A DNA stretch of 32,000 nt from Candidatus Scalindua sp. (lineage in GTDB: Bacteria > Planctomycetota > Brocadiia > Brocadiales > Scalinduaceae), in assembly GCA_031316235.1 (NCBI GenBank), contig JALDRA010000001.1, forward strand, positions 900,001 to 932,000. The letters run 5' to 3'. Within the stretch, counting starts at the first letter, position 1, and each line of letters starts with the position of its first letter. Position numbers and translations under genes: made by a program. Under the pieces are notes generated by a model. The model had not been told where the DNA came from. It made no database searches and worked only from the letters and a program-made list of their open reading frames with translations. Below, piece after piece: positions 17,768 through 25,516 of this stretch.

Positions 17768-18029
17768 ATATATTCTTTCCTTTCCTCCAGTAACCTGCAC
17801 CTATTATTCTAATTACATCCTTTCGATATGTAAATCGAACTGTTAAAATTTCATCTCCAATTTTGCCAAAACAATAATAGCGTTCCTCCCTATGGCTATG
17901 TTTCAGATCTTTTGCAATTACTCTGTACGGATCGATAAAAGCATATTGAGCCCACTCAAATGAGACACCGTGCTTTTCTTTATTTTCTCGGTTTTTATCC
18001 TCATCCCATTCAAATCTTGTCTTTGCCAC
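17751..18029 (-). CDS. brnT: BrnT toxin (DUF497 ribonuclease)
   Basis: 92 aa. FEWDEDKNRENKEKHGVSFEWAQYAFIDPYRV...ERYYCFGKIGDEILTVRFTYRKDVIRIIGAGYWRKG is the DUF497/BrnT signature. Confidence 0.85.
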   Translation of the reverse strand: MAKTRFEWDEDKNRENKEKHGVSFEWAQYAFIDPYRVIAKDLKHSHREERYYCFGKIGDEILTVRFTYRKDVIRIIGAGYWRKGKNIYEKQN

Positions 18030-18101
18030 AAAAAGATTATAACGTTATCAGCACAGAATGCCATATAAAAGTACATATAATTGTATGGCTGTTTGGATTG
18101 A

Positions 18102-18226
18102 CCCTAACGCTATGGCGTGCAACCCCGTGTGGCAAATAAAATAGCAGATAACATAAGACAAGAAAAGAGCCTGGAAATAATTGAATCGCAAATGACGGAG
18201 GGGTTGGCTCCACTGATTTGTTAGAA
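18102..18226 (-). repeat. attC-like 125-bp imperfect inverted repeat, copy 3 (diverged)
   Basis: Minus strand: TCTAAC-AAATCAGTGG-AGCCAACCCC...CACGGGGTTG-CACGCCATAGC-GTTAGGG. It shares TAACAAATC, AACCCC, ACACGGG(G)TT and GCGTTA with copy 1. It lies 20 nt after the RelE-like stop codon. Confidence 0.55.
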
Positions 18227-18245
18227 TTGGCTGCAACATTTTCTG

Positions 18246-18515
18246 TTAATACACTTCATCGTGTGTACCAATATCAATGAGTAATGCTTTATTTTCAGAA
18301 ATGATTTTGAATACAAGACGATATTCATATGTAATACTGAAAGCTCAATATCCTTTGAGCTTACCACTCAAATTATGAGTTTTTAAAGAAGGATGAAATG
18401 GATTTACAGTGAACTGAGTTAATGTTTCTTGAAAATCAGCTATTAAATCAGGATGTTTTTTCTTTTATTTCTTGAGTATCCGTAAAAACGGTTTATCCCA
18501 AATGATTTCAACCAT
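18246..18515 (-). pseudogene. RelE/YafQ-type mRNA interferase toxin with two in-frame stops
   Basis: MVEIIWDKPFLRILKK-TAA-KKKHPDLIADFQETLTQFTVNPFHPSLKTHNLSGKLKGY-TGA-AFSITYEYRLVFKIISENKALLIDIGTHDEVY*. The stops are at 18465-18467 and 18345-18347. The TGA sits where Trp is expected (G.wa.sI). Confidence 0.65.
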
Positions 18516-18516
18516 T

Positions 18517-18723
18517 TTATATATTTTTCATCAAATCACTTACTGTGCCACTGGTAACGTTTCCGGTATTATAGTTATCTTCTGCTTCTTTTGCTCTCTC
18601 GGCAATTTCATTCCTCCTCACCTCATGGATGCGTTTGCTGATTGTTTGTACAATAAAGTCTTGATCATCCAAAGGTAGAGAAGAAACATTTTTGAGAATA
18701 TCATTTATTATTGATTCCTGCAT
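18517..18723 (-). CDS. Putative antitoxin of the RelE-like module
   Basis: 68 aa acidic ORF ending 1 nt before the toxin ATG. LPLDDQDFIVQTISKRIHEVRRNEIAERAKEAEDNY resembles small RelE-partner antitoxins. The assignment rests mainly on position. Confidence 0.5.
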   Translation of the reverse strand: MQESIINDILKNVSSLPLDDQDFIVQTISKRIHEVRRNEIAERAKEAEDNYNTGNVTSGTVSDLMKNI

Positions 18724-18922
18724 AATCTAAAATCCTTTCATTATTGTGTCTCATAGTTACTATACCTCTTTTAAATAATTTTTTAAAAATATTTTCTCTT
18801 AATTATTAATTCTATCGTTTGAGGGCATGTAATCATTATTATTTGTATTAGCTTTATCAATATTTGTCAACAACAAATACTTTAATACAGACGGGTTTTC
18901 CAATACGTTAATCGTTTTCCTT

Positions 18923-18962
18923 CAGTCAAGTAGGGCAGGATTCAGGCTGCCCTACTTGACTG
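18923..18962 (-). terminator. Perfect 16-bp stem hairpin overlapping the antiporter stop codon
   Basis: CAGTCAAGTAGGGCAG (18923-18938), an 8-nt loop, then CTGCCCTACTTGACTG (18947-18962). One arm is the last codons plus the stop of the antiporter gene. No U-tract follows on the transcribed strand, so terminator function is uncertain. Confidence 0.35.
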
Positions 18963-20604
18963 TCACACCAAACAGGTTATCAACAGCCTTCTCGGCCGCA
19001 TCGGCATATGGTATCAGCACACGGTCAAAGCCAGCGTACTCCAGTTGCTCGATATTAGAGGTGGTGTAGGCCGTTACCGCCACGCACCCTTTGTAATCAT
19101 GATCGCGCAGACTATTGAGCAGTGCGAGGTTTACAGGCATCTCACGTACGCTGCTCACGACCCAACGCACCTCCCCGAGTGGCAGGGTGGCGAGGAACTC
19201 AGGGTCTTCAGCATCACCGTAACGCACCGTGTAACCCTGCCTTACGTGCCGGCGTACCAGATCGGGATCGAAATCCACGCCGATCAACCGGTGGCCTCGC
19301 TTTCGGAGTTCCCGTGCAACCCCGGAGCCGAACCGCCCCAGACCGAACAGGATCACATCAACACCGTTCTCTTCTGTAGACAACTTCTGAGCCTCTTCCC
19401 GGTGAGCTCTCCTGCGCTCGAATACAACCAGCCAGGAGGAAATCCGTTCGTAGAGGGGATGTGAATACAGGATCATGTAGGTGGAAGCACTAATGGTAAT
19501 CAACCCCACCAGGGTGATGAGGCCCATTGTGTCTGCGTCGATATGGCCCAAGTTCAGGCCCAAAGACCCCAGGATCAGAGAGAATTCGCTGATCTGGGCA
19601 ACCGTAAGACCGGCCAGAAAACTGGTGCGCCTTCGATAACCCATGGCACCCAGGATAACCATCACGATCAACGGGTTGCCGATGAGCACGAACAGTGAAA
19701 GGATAATGGCCGGCACCACATGTGCTCCGAGCGTCGACAACTCCAGCCCGGCACCAAGATCAATGAAGAAGAACAGCAGCAGAAAATCCCTTAGAGTTAC
19801 TAAGCGTGCGCCGATAGCTTCACGGTAGGGCGTGGAGGCCAGTGATACACCGGCGATAAAAGCGCCCACCTCCTTGCTGAAACCTAAATATTCGCACGCA
19901 GCACCCATGGATACCGCCCAGGCGATGGCGAACAGTAACAGCAACTCCGAAGAACGGGCCAGCTGATGCAGCAGCGGTGTCAGCACATAGCGCATCAACA
20001 GCCCAATGGCGGCAATAAACAGACATCCCTTTAACAATAACTCAATCGCCTGCCAGCTCAGGCTGGCCTTATCACCGACCTGGGACAGCACGGTAAGACC
20101 AATCATCACCAACACCACAACGATATCCTGAACAATGAGGAAACCGATGGCGATACGCCCGTGCAGCGTATCCACCTCATGCTTGTCGGACAGCAGCTTG
20201 ACGATGATAATGGTGCTGGAGAAGGTCAACGCCACTGCCACGTAGAGGGAGGTCAAAGGGCTCATCCCCAGGACAATGGCGATAAAGTAGCCGACAACAG
20301 AGGTAAAGAGGACCTGACCCAGTCCGGAGGCTAACGCCACCAGACCCATGGTGCGGATGATGTGAAGATCCAGCTTGAGTCCCACGACAAACAACAGCAC
20401 TGCGATACCCATCTGTGCAAGCAGATCGACCTTGTCGTCTGCCGAGACCCAGCCGAGTACGGACGGCCCAACGAGGATACCTACTGCGATGAAGGCAACG
20501 ATAAGCGGCTGACGCAACCGTAGACAGATAAAGCCAGTGACGGCGGCCACCAATAGGAGCACCGCTATTTCAGTAAAGATGTTGCTAAATACGAAGTTCA
20601 CCAT
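18952..20604 (-). CDS. CPA2-family cation:proton antiporter with C-terminal RCK/TrkA-N domain (Kef-like), GC-rich
   Basis: 550 aa with about 12 TM segments, then the Rossmann motif ILFGLGRFGSGVARELRKRGHRLIGVDFDP. Hand count is 36/60 G+C at 19201-19260, far above the surrounding DNA. Confidence 0.85.
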   Translation of the reverse strand: MVNFVFSNIFTEIAVLLLVAAVTGFICLRLRQPLIVAFIAVGILVGPSVLGWVSADDKVDLLAQMGIAVLLFVVGLKLDLHIIRTMGLVALASGLGQVLFTSVVGYFIAIVLGMSPLTSLYVAVALTFSSTIIIVKLLSDKHEVDTLHGRIAIGFLIVQDIVVVLVMIGLTVLSQVGDKASLSWQAIELLLKGCLFIAAIGLLMRYVLTPLLHQLARSSELLLLFAIAWAVSMGAACEYLGFSKEVGAFIAGVSLASTPYREAIGARLVTLRDFLLLFFFIDLGAGLELSTLGAHVVPAIILSLFVLIGNPLIVMVILGAMGYRRRTSFLAGLTVAQISEFSLILGSLGLNLGHIDADTMGLITLVGLITISASTYMILYSHPLYERISSWLVVFERRRAHREEAQKLSTEENGVDVILFGLGRFGSGVARELRKRGHRLIGVDFDPDLVRRHVRQGYTVRYGDAEDPEFLATLPLGEVRWVVSSVREMPVNLALLNSLRDHDYKGCVAVTAYTTSNIEQLEYAGFDRVLIPYADAAEKAVDNLFGVTVK

Positions 20605-20704
20605 AATTTACTTACTCTCACCGAATAAACAGATGCTTGTTAAAAAGTTTCACCTCTGTTCTTTCATGGTTGTGCCAATGTGGTTATGGTTTTTAAAGTA
20701 AAAA

Positions 20705-21163
20705 TTATGGCATTTCGAATTTAGTGTCTTTATCTTTGACGATCAGCACCGGGCAGTGTGCTTTGCGAGCAACTCTTTCGGCTACGCTTCCAATAAGAGC
20801 ATGTGACAATCCCGTGCGACCATGGCTTCCCATAATAATCAGATCGATATCATCTTTTCTTGCAGTTTTGACAATTTCAACAAATGCTTTGCCCTCACGC
20901 ACTTCTGTCTTAATTTCTGGTAATTTTTTTATCTTTCTGGCTATACTGGTTAATCTCTCTTCAGCCTCTTTTTTCACCTTCTCCGCTATTTCTTGAGGAG
21001 TTATTTGAAGTATCAGGTAGCGTTCGTTCCCATGAAGCTGCTCAACCACATGTAACAGATAAAGCCTTGCGTTAAGCAATGATGCCAGCTCCTTTGCATA
21101 TTCCACTGCCAGATTACTAGACCCAGAAAAATCCACCGGACATAAAATCTTTTTTATTTTCAT
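20705..21163 (-). CDS. Universal stress protein (UspA family)
   Basis: 152 aa. MKIKKILCPVDFSGSS...LYLLHVVE...DLIIMGSHGRTGLSHALIGSVAERVARKAHCPVLIV contains the Usp ATP-binding G-2x-G-9x-G(S/T) motif. Confidence 0.85.
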   Translation of the reverse strand: MKIKKILCPVDFSGSSNLAVEYAKELASLLNARLYLLHVVEQLHGNERYLILQITPQEIAEKVKKEAEERLTSIARKIKKLPEIKTEVREGKAFVEIVKTARKDDIDLIIMGSHGRTGLSHALIGSVAERVARKAHCPVLIVKDKDTKFEMP

Positions 21164-21290
21164 GGTTCCCTCTTTCGGTTTCAGACCACAGATTAATGCT
21201 GGATTTCTCCGTTTTTTTATCTACACAACTCTGTGACCTAAATTTAAATTCTTATACTGTTACAGTAAAAAATTACGGTTCATCTCACAA

Positions 21291-21461
21291 TCAGTTGGCA
21301 AAAGTTTGTATAATTTTTCGTGAAAAGTATCGTTCATGCAGAAAACCATACTCCTTCCTTTTCATGATTTTGATTTTATTGTTAACGCCTTTGAGTTTTC
21401 TGGTATGAATATGATAGTCACAATGATGTAATATGTCAGTTAAGTATATTCGTAATTTTTT
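21291..21461 (-). pseudogene. ISL3-family transposase, C-terminal remnant
   Basis: The minus strand reads ...HTRKLKGVNNKIKIMKRKEYGFLHERYFSRKIIQTFAN*. This matches the conserved ISL3 C-terminus (..lEG.NNKIK..KR.aYGFrd.eyF.lkI). Upstream frames are broken by stops and frameshifts. Confidence 0.5.
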
Positions 21462-21716
21462 TTACCCATGCATGGTTTCCCGTATTCACTAAAAGGCACC
21501 ACTCATTAAGTACTTTGCCAGTCCACGTCCATGATCGATAATACTATGTTTTCGTATTGCTGTCAAAGTTATATCACCCCTTTCAAGACGTTCTCTTGTC
21601 AGTGATACAGGTGGCATACATCTCTGGTTAAATTAATCAGTTGCTATAAATATTAAAACAGATAAAATTAACGGTAAGCCAATGTTTCCGTATGCACTAA
21701 ATTTAAGTTGAAAAAT

Positions 21717-21920
21717 ATGTTGGAACATCAAGTAATAATTGAACAGGATGAAAATGGTTATTTTGTTGCCGAAGTGCCCGCCCTTCCAGGTTGTCTTTCC
21801 CAGGGCATAGACCAGGAAGAAGCTCTCGCTAACATCAAGGAATCAATTGAAGGGTGGCTTGAAGTAATGGAATCCAGGCAGCCTTTTGATTATACAAAAT
21901 CTGATGAAGTTGCCCTATAA
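21717..21920 (+). CDS. hicB: HicB-family antitoxin
   Basis: MLEHQVIIEQDENGYFVAEVPALPGCLSQGIDQEEALANIKESIEGWLE is the classic HicB N-terminal domain. Its TAA overlaps the hicA ATG by 1 nt (TAATG). Confidence 0.8.
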   Translation: MLEHQVIIEQDENGYFVAEVPALPGCLSQGIDQEEALANIKESIEGWLEVMESRQPFDYTKSDEVAL

Positions 21921-22141
21921 TGGTCAAACATCTAACACTTTGTTCTGGTGCAGAAGCAGTTCGAAAGTTACAAAAACATGGATGGTCTGCCGTTCGACGG
22001 AAAGGTACCTCTGTAATGATGACAAGGCCTGGATATCATTGGACATTATCAATACCTCAACACGCAGAACTTGGTCCGGGCCTCCTTAGAAAACTCATTC
22101 ACCAGGCAGACCTGTCCGTTGAAGAGTTTAATGACTTATGA
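21920..22141 (+). CDS. hicA: HicA-family mRNA interferase toxin
   Basis: 73 aa. SGAEAVRKLQKHGWSAVRRKGTSVMMTRPG...SIPQHAELGPGLLRKLIHQADLSVEEF fits the HicA pattern (l.k.Gw...rq.GSH.....g......vP.H.el..Gtl..Il.qagl..eeF). The expected Ser-His reads Thr-Ser here. Confidence 0.75.
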   Translation: MVKHLTLCSGAEAVRKLQKHGWSAVRRKGTSVMMTRPGYHWTLSIPQHAELGPGLLRKLIHQADLSVEEFNDL

Positions 22142-22243
22142 TTTAATCTTTTCAAATCTTTTGTTTAATTCATCCCCCCCGGGCACAGCTCAGCCAAAGT
22201 TCGACACCCATAACCAGTAACAACCAACTGGTCCATGTGTTAA

Positions 22244-22367
22244 CATTTAATGGTTTTCGGACATAATCCGGAAAAAAGCGGAACGGGTAAAATGCTCGGC
22301 GTTTTTTGTCCGGGAATAACAGCAACCATGATCTGGTTTCCCGTAAAACCAGATCTGTTTCAGTATC
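22244..22367 (-). repeat. Interspersed hairpin-forming repeat family, copy C (inverted orientation)
   Basis: The reverse complement reads GGATACTGAAACAGATCTGGTTTTACGGGAAACCAGATCATGGTTGCTGTTATTCCCGGACAAAAAACGCCGAGCATTTTACCCGTTCCGCTTTTTTCCGGATTATGTCCGAAAACCATTAAA. It is collinear with copy D, including the central CCCGGACAAAAAACGCCGAG block. Confidence 0.75.
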
Positions 22368-22967
22368 CATGACCATCATCAGTGGTTATTGTAGTCGTGA
22401 CCCTCATTTGTGCAGAACGAGTTTTGCGTATCGTATTCCAATTACATTGCTATCTTCTGCATACTGATTTGAGAAAAAACATTGAGGTCCACAATGTTTG
22501 ACACCATGAAATTGTTGGTTTTCAGAAGAGTGTAGGAGCTCTATCTTTCCGTCAATGATTTCTGAAAACGTGTCCGCAATAAAAGACAAACTCAACCATT
22601 TATGGGAGTAATAGTTAGAAGCAAAAAATGTTGTATCAGTAAAACATCTGTTCATTAAAGTAAACATTTCATTCGAAGCCGGAATTCCCGTTTCTCACAA
22701 TACCCGTTTCAAACTTCTGCTCAAGTACCTGAATCACAAGAGTTACAACATTTCTTACCATCTTTTTTAACTCTGGCACGTGAATTGTGTTTTATCCATC
22801 ACAAGAAAGTTGGAGAATGACAAGGCTCTTTCGTGTTTGAGTTTAGGAAACTTTTTAACCTTAAACATATATCAACTTAAATTTACAGGTGTAAAAACTA
22901 AACGGCACGTAAAGAGCCTTGTTACTATTGTCGAAATAAAGCATTTACCTTAATAATAATCCAACCC

Positions 22968-23270
22968 ATGATAATGAACCCTGAATGGAATACACAAAAA
23001 GTAGAACACAGTTTTTATGAAATATCTCAGGATTGCATGTTGGAATTGGCTGGTTGTCTGAAGTGTTTAGACCAGGGGCAAATAGACGCTGATACGCTAA
23101 GCTTTATGTGTAAACAAATACTAACCGTAGAAATTAATGATCCTGAATTTCTAGCATTTTCCTTAGAAAACATTCATCAACTCCTGCAGTATGTTACTTC
23201 TGGTGATTCAAAAATCAGAATTTACAGAGATGTGAATGGAGAAACATGGTTTAAAGCAGAAAAGACATAA
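22968..23270 (+). CDS. Hypothetical protein (weakly supported)
   Basis: 100-aa ATG-initiated ORF in an otherwise ORF-poor stretch. No recognisable domain and no clear RBS. Confidence 0.3.
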   Translation: MIMNPEWNTQKVEHSFYEISQDCMLELAGCLKCLDQGQIDADTLSFMCKQILTVEINDPEFLAFSLENIHQLLQYVTSGDSKIRIYRDVNGETWFKAEKT

Positions 23271-23329
23271 AAGAAAATGTTGCTCTTACCACATTACGTT
23301 ACCTTAAACAACCGATTCCCTGCCCAGAG

Positions 23330-23491
23330 GTGTACACATTTTCGTGCGTAGCACACCGTTTATTACTCGATCAGTTGAAGTATTACTCAGCTTCTGGAGC
23401 AGCTGAGAAACTGGGAAAAGACCCAACAACCATTAAGAGACAGGAGGCAGCAGGAAAGGTGAAAAAGGCGGAAAGTGGTAAAAAGGGCTGA
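23330..23491 (+). pseudogene. MerR/excisionase-type HTH remnant
   Basis: Short GTG-initiated frame reading ...LKYYSASGAAEKLGKDPTTIKRQEAAGKVKKAE. It resembles the y.i.eaAk.lGvs..TlrRwe.eGk HTH of excisionases and IS607-type recombinases. It is truncated after the recognition helix. Confidence 0.3.
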
Positions 23492-23541
23492 AGGATTTAC
23501 GGCAGGACCGAAGTCAAAGTGTTAATGGCGTACTCTACTCG

Positions 23542-24249
23542 TCAGTTTGTATTTATGAGTTCCAGGAAGTTGGAACCAAACAGTCTTGCATGCTTCCTGT
23601 AATTATCAAACTTTACTTTTGTATCAGAAACTATTTTTTCCGGATCTACAGATCCCTTTAACGAGTCAATCTCATCCTTATATGCATTGATCCATTGTTG
23701 AACCATATCATCGGTAACCTCAATATGAAACTGAAGCCCATAGACATTACCGTCTACCCTGAAGGCCTGATTTGAACAAAGCGCTGATCCAGCAAGCTTT
23801 GTAGCATTATCCGGGATCTCAAATGTGTCGCCATGCCACTGGAAGACATCAAATTCTTCCGGAAAACCTTGAAACAAAGGGTCTGGCAAGGCATCTTTAT
23901 CGAGTGATACGGTAAACCAGCCAATCTCCTTTACCGGGTTCTTTTTTACCGTGGTACCTTTTGCCTTTGCGATTAACTGTGCACCCAGACAAAAACCCAG
24001 AACAGGCAGCCCCTTTTCGAAGACCCCTCTCAGGAAGAGATCCTCTTTCCGCAGGAAGGGGTATCTCTCCTCTTCGTATACGTTCATCGGCCCGCCGAGT
24101 ACAATGACAGCAGAGACTCCTCCAAGAGATTCCGGTAATGGTTCTCCTTCGGAAAGGTCAATAGTTCTGCAGGGAACACCCTTCTCATCCAGAAATTCCC
24201 CGATAGTGCCAGGCCCTTCAATATCTATGTGCTTAATTATTAAGACCAT
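23542..24249 (-). CDS. Class I glutamine amidotransferase-like protein
   Basis: Starts MVLIIKHIDIEGPGTIGEFL at ATG 24249. Nucleophile elbow GFCLGAQL and the His/Glu pair in LQFHIEV are present. It overlaps the thiC 3' end by 17 nt. The 34-codon upstream extension in the ORF track is unlikely. Confidence 0.8.
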   Translation of the reverse strand: MVLIIKHIDIEGPGTIGEFLDEKGVPCRTIDLSEGEPLPESLGGVSAVIVLGGPMNVYEEERYPFLRKEDLFLRGVFEKGLPVLGFCLGAQLIAKAKGTTVKKNPVKEIGWFTVSLDKDALPDPLFQGFPEEFDVFQWHGDTFEIPDNATKLAGSALCSNQAFRVDGNVYGLQFHIEVTDDMVQQWINAYKDEIDSLKGSVDPEKIVSDTKVKFDNYRKHARLFGSNFLELINTN

Positions 24250-25516
24250 CGTCAGCCACCTTGAAAACACAGAACTCAGCACACATGGAACACACCTCTT
24301 CATTCTGAGGAACGCCTCTTTTTCTAATCTTTTTAGCCAGAGGCGGATCAATGCACGTAGAAAATTGACCTTCCCAATCGCGTTTTCTCCTTAACTGAGA
24401 CATGGTTTTATCCCATTCCCAGGCAGATTTTAACCCCTTCGCTATATCTGCAGCATGGGCGGCAATCCGTGTCGCCATAACACCATCATGTACATCATCA
24501 GGTTTTGGCAGGCTTAGATGTTCTGCCGGGGTAACGTAACACAAAAAATCTGCCCCTGCTGATGCGGCAATAGCGCCTCCGATTGCTGAGGTAATATGGT
24601 CATACCCTGGAGCGATGTCTGTAACTATGGGTCCAAGGACATAAAAAGGCGCGCCCTTGCAAAGCTCTTTCTGCAATTGAATTTGAGTCTGAATCTGATT
24701 GAGTGGTACATGCCCGGGCCCTTCAACAATTACCTGGACGTTCGCCTCCTGAGCCCTTTGGGTCAGCTCAGCCAGGACGTTCAATTCGTAAATCTGTGCC
24801 CTGTCGCAGGCATCCGCCAGTGCTCCCGGCCTTAACGCATCTCCCAGACTGAGTGTTACGTCATACTCATATGCAATCGACACGATCTCGTCAAACAGTT
24901 CATAGAGAGGATTCTCCTTTTTATGAAAAGACATCCAATCTACCAGAAATGCCCCGCCCCTGCTTACGACACCACATATCCTCTTGTCATTTGCAAGATG
25001 CTTCAGGACACCCTGTGTGACACCGCAATGAACGGTAATAAAATCTATCCCGTCTTCACAATGGCAGCGTATGGCATCAAGCATACCCGCAGCAGTCATA
25101 TCCCTTACCGAATGTTTACTTTTTACAGCATCGACAACCGCCTCATATAGTGGAACACTGCCCATCGTTATGGAACAATTTTCCATTATTTTCTTCCGGA
25201 TCATACGAAGGTCACCGCCGGTACTCAGATCCATAACGGCATCCGCCTGTGCCTCTTCTGCAGCACGAAGCTTATCCAGCTCCTCCTGTAATCCGTGATA
25301 GTCGACCGACGTACCGATATTGGCATTCACCTTGGTCCTCAGACCTTTGCCGACACCGCAGAACTTTTCAGACTTACGTTTTTTGTTGTAAGGAATTACG
25401 ACTTTCCCTTCTGCAAGGTTTGCCCTTAAAATTTCCACATCGCAGTCTTCTATTTGTGCAACGCGTTGCATCTCAGGCGTTATTTTATTTAACCTTGCTT
25501 CTTTTAGTTGCGTCAT
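24233..25516 (-). CDS. thiC: Phosphomethylpyrimidine synthase ThiC (short, anaerobe-type form)
   Basis: 427 aa. Conserved ThiC blocks GTVPIY-like GSVPLYEA, VHCGV, SRGG, DALRPG, VEGPGHVP and GPLVTDIAPGYDHI-like GPIVTDIAPGYDHITSAIG. C-terminal Fe-S motif CSMCAEFC. Confidence 0.95.
   Translation of the reverse strand: MTQLKEARLNKITPEMQRVAQIEDCDVEILRANLAEGKVVIPYNKKRKSEKFCGVGKGLRTKVNANIGTSVDYHGLQEELDKLRAAEEAQADAVMDLSTGGDLRMIRKKIMENCSITMGSVPLYEAVVDAVKSKHSVRDMTAAGMLDAIRCHCEDGIDFITVHCGVTQGVLKHLANDKRICGVVSRGGAFLVDWMSFHKKENPLYELFDEIVSIAYEYDVTLSLGDALRPGALADACDRAQIYELNVLAELTQRAQEANVQVIVEGPGHVPLNQIQTQIQLQKELCKGAPFYVLGPIVTDIAPGYDHITSAIGGAIAASAGADFLCYVTPAEHLSLPKPDDVHDGVMATRIAAHAADIAKGLKSAWEWDKTMSQLRRKRDWEGQFSTCIDPPLAKKIRKRGVPQNEEVCSMCAEFCVFKVADDGLNN

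Noticed and set aside
18923-18962. The antiporter hairpin as another attC-like site
   Set aside because: It is a perfect palindrome without bulges, without AAC/GTT terminal boxes and without unpaired spacers. It does not share the architecture of the other sites.
21468-21706. Direct repeat ATGGTTTCCCGTATTCACTAAA / ATGTTTCCGTATGCACTAAA as HicB operators or IS ends
   Set aside because: There are only two imperfect copies about 210 bp apart. One is embedded in the frameshifted ISL3 remnant, and there is no dyad symmetry. The evidence is insufficient.
22170-22379. 69-aa ORF, and the similar ORF at 27968-28177
   Set aside because: Both are translations of the interspersed repeat family (copies C and D). 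Their similarity at the peptide level reflects the DNA repeat, not a protein family.
22404-22667. 87-aa minus-strand ORF
   Set aside because: It has low-complexity, Phe/Ser-rich sequence, no RBS and no domain. It is adjacent to repeat copy C and is probably not coding.
6057-23541. Direct repeat of the tRNA-Pro 3' end (attR) marking the far end of the island
   Set aside because: I scanned by eye for GGTTCGAATCCAGTCGCCCCGA or sub-strings (TCGAATCC, AGTCGCC) downstream and found none. The boundary is therefore stated only from gene content.
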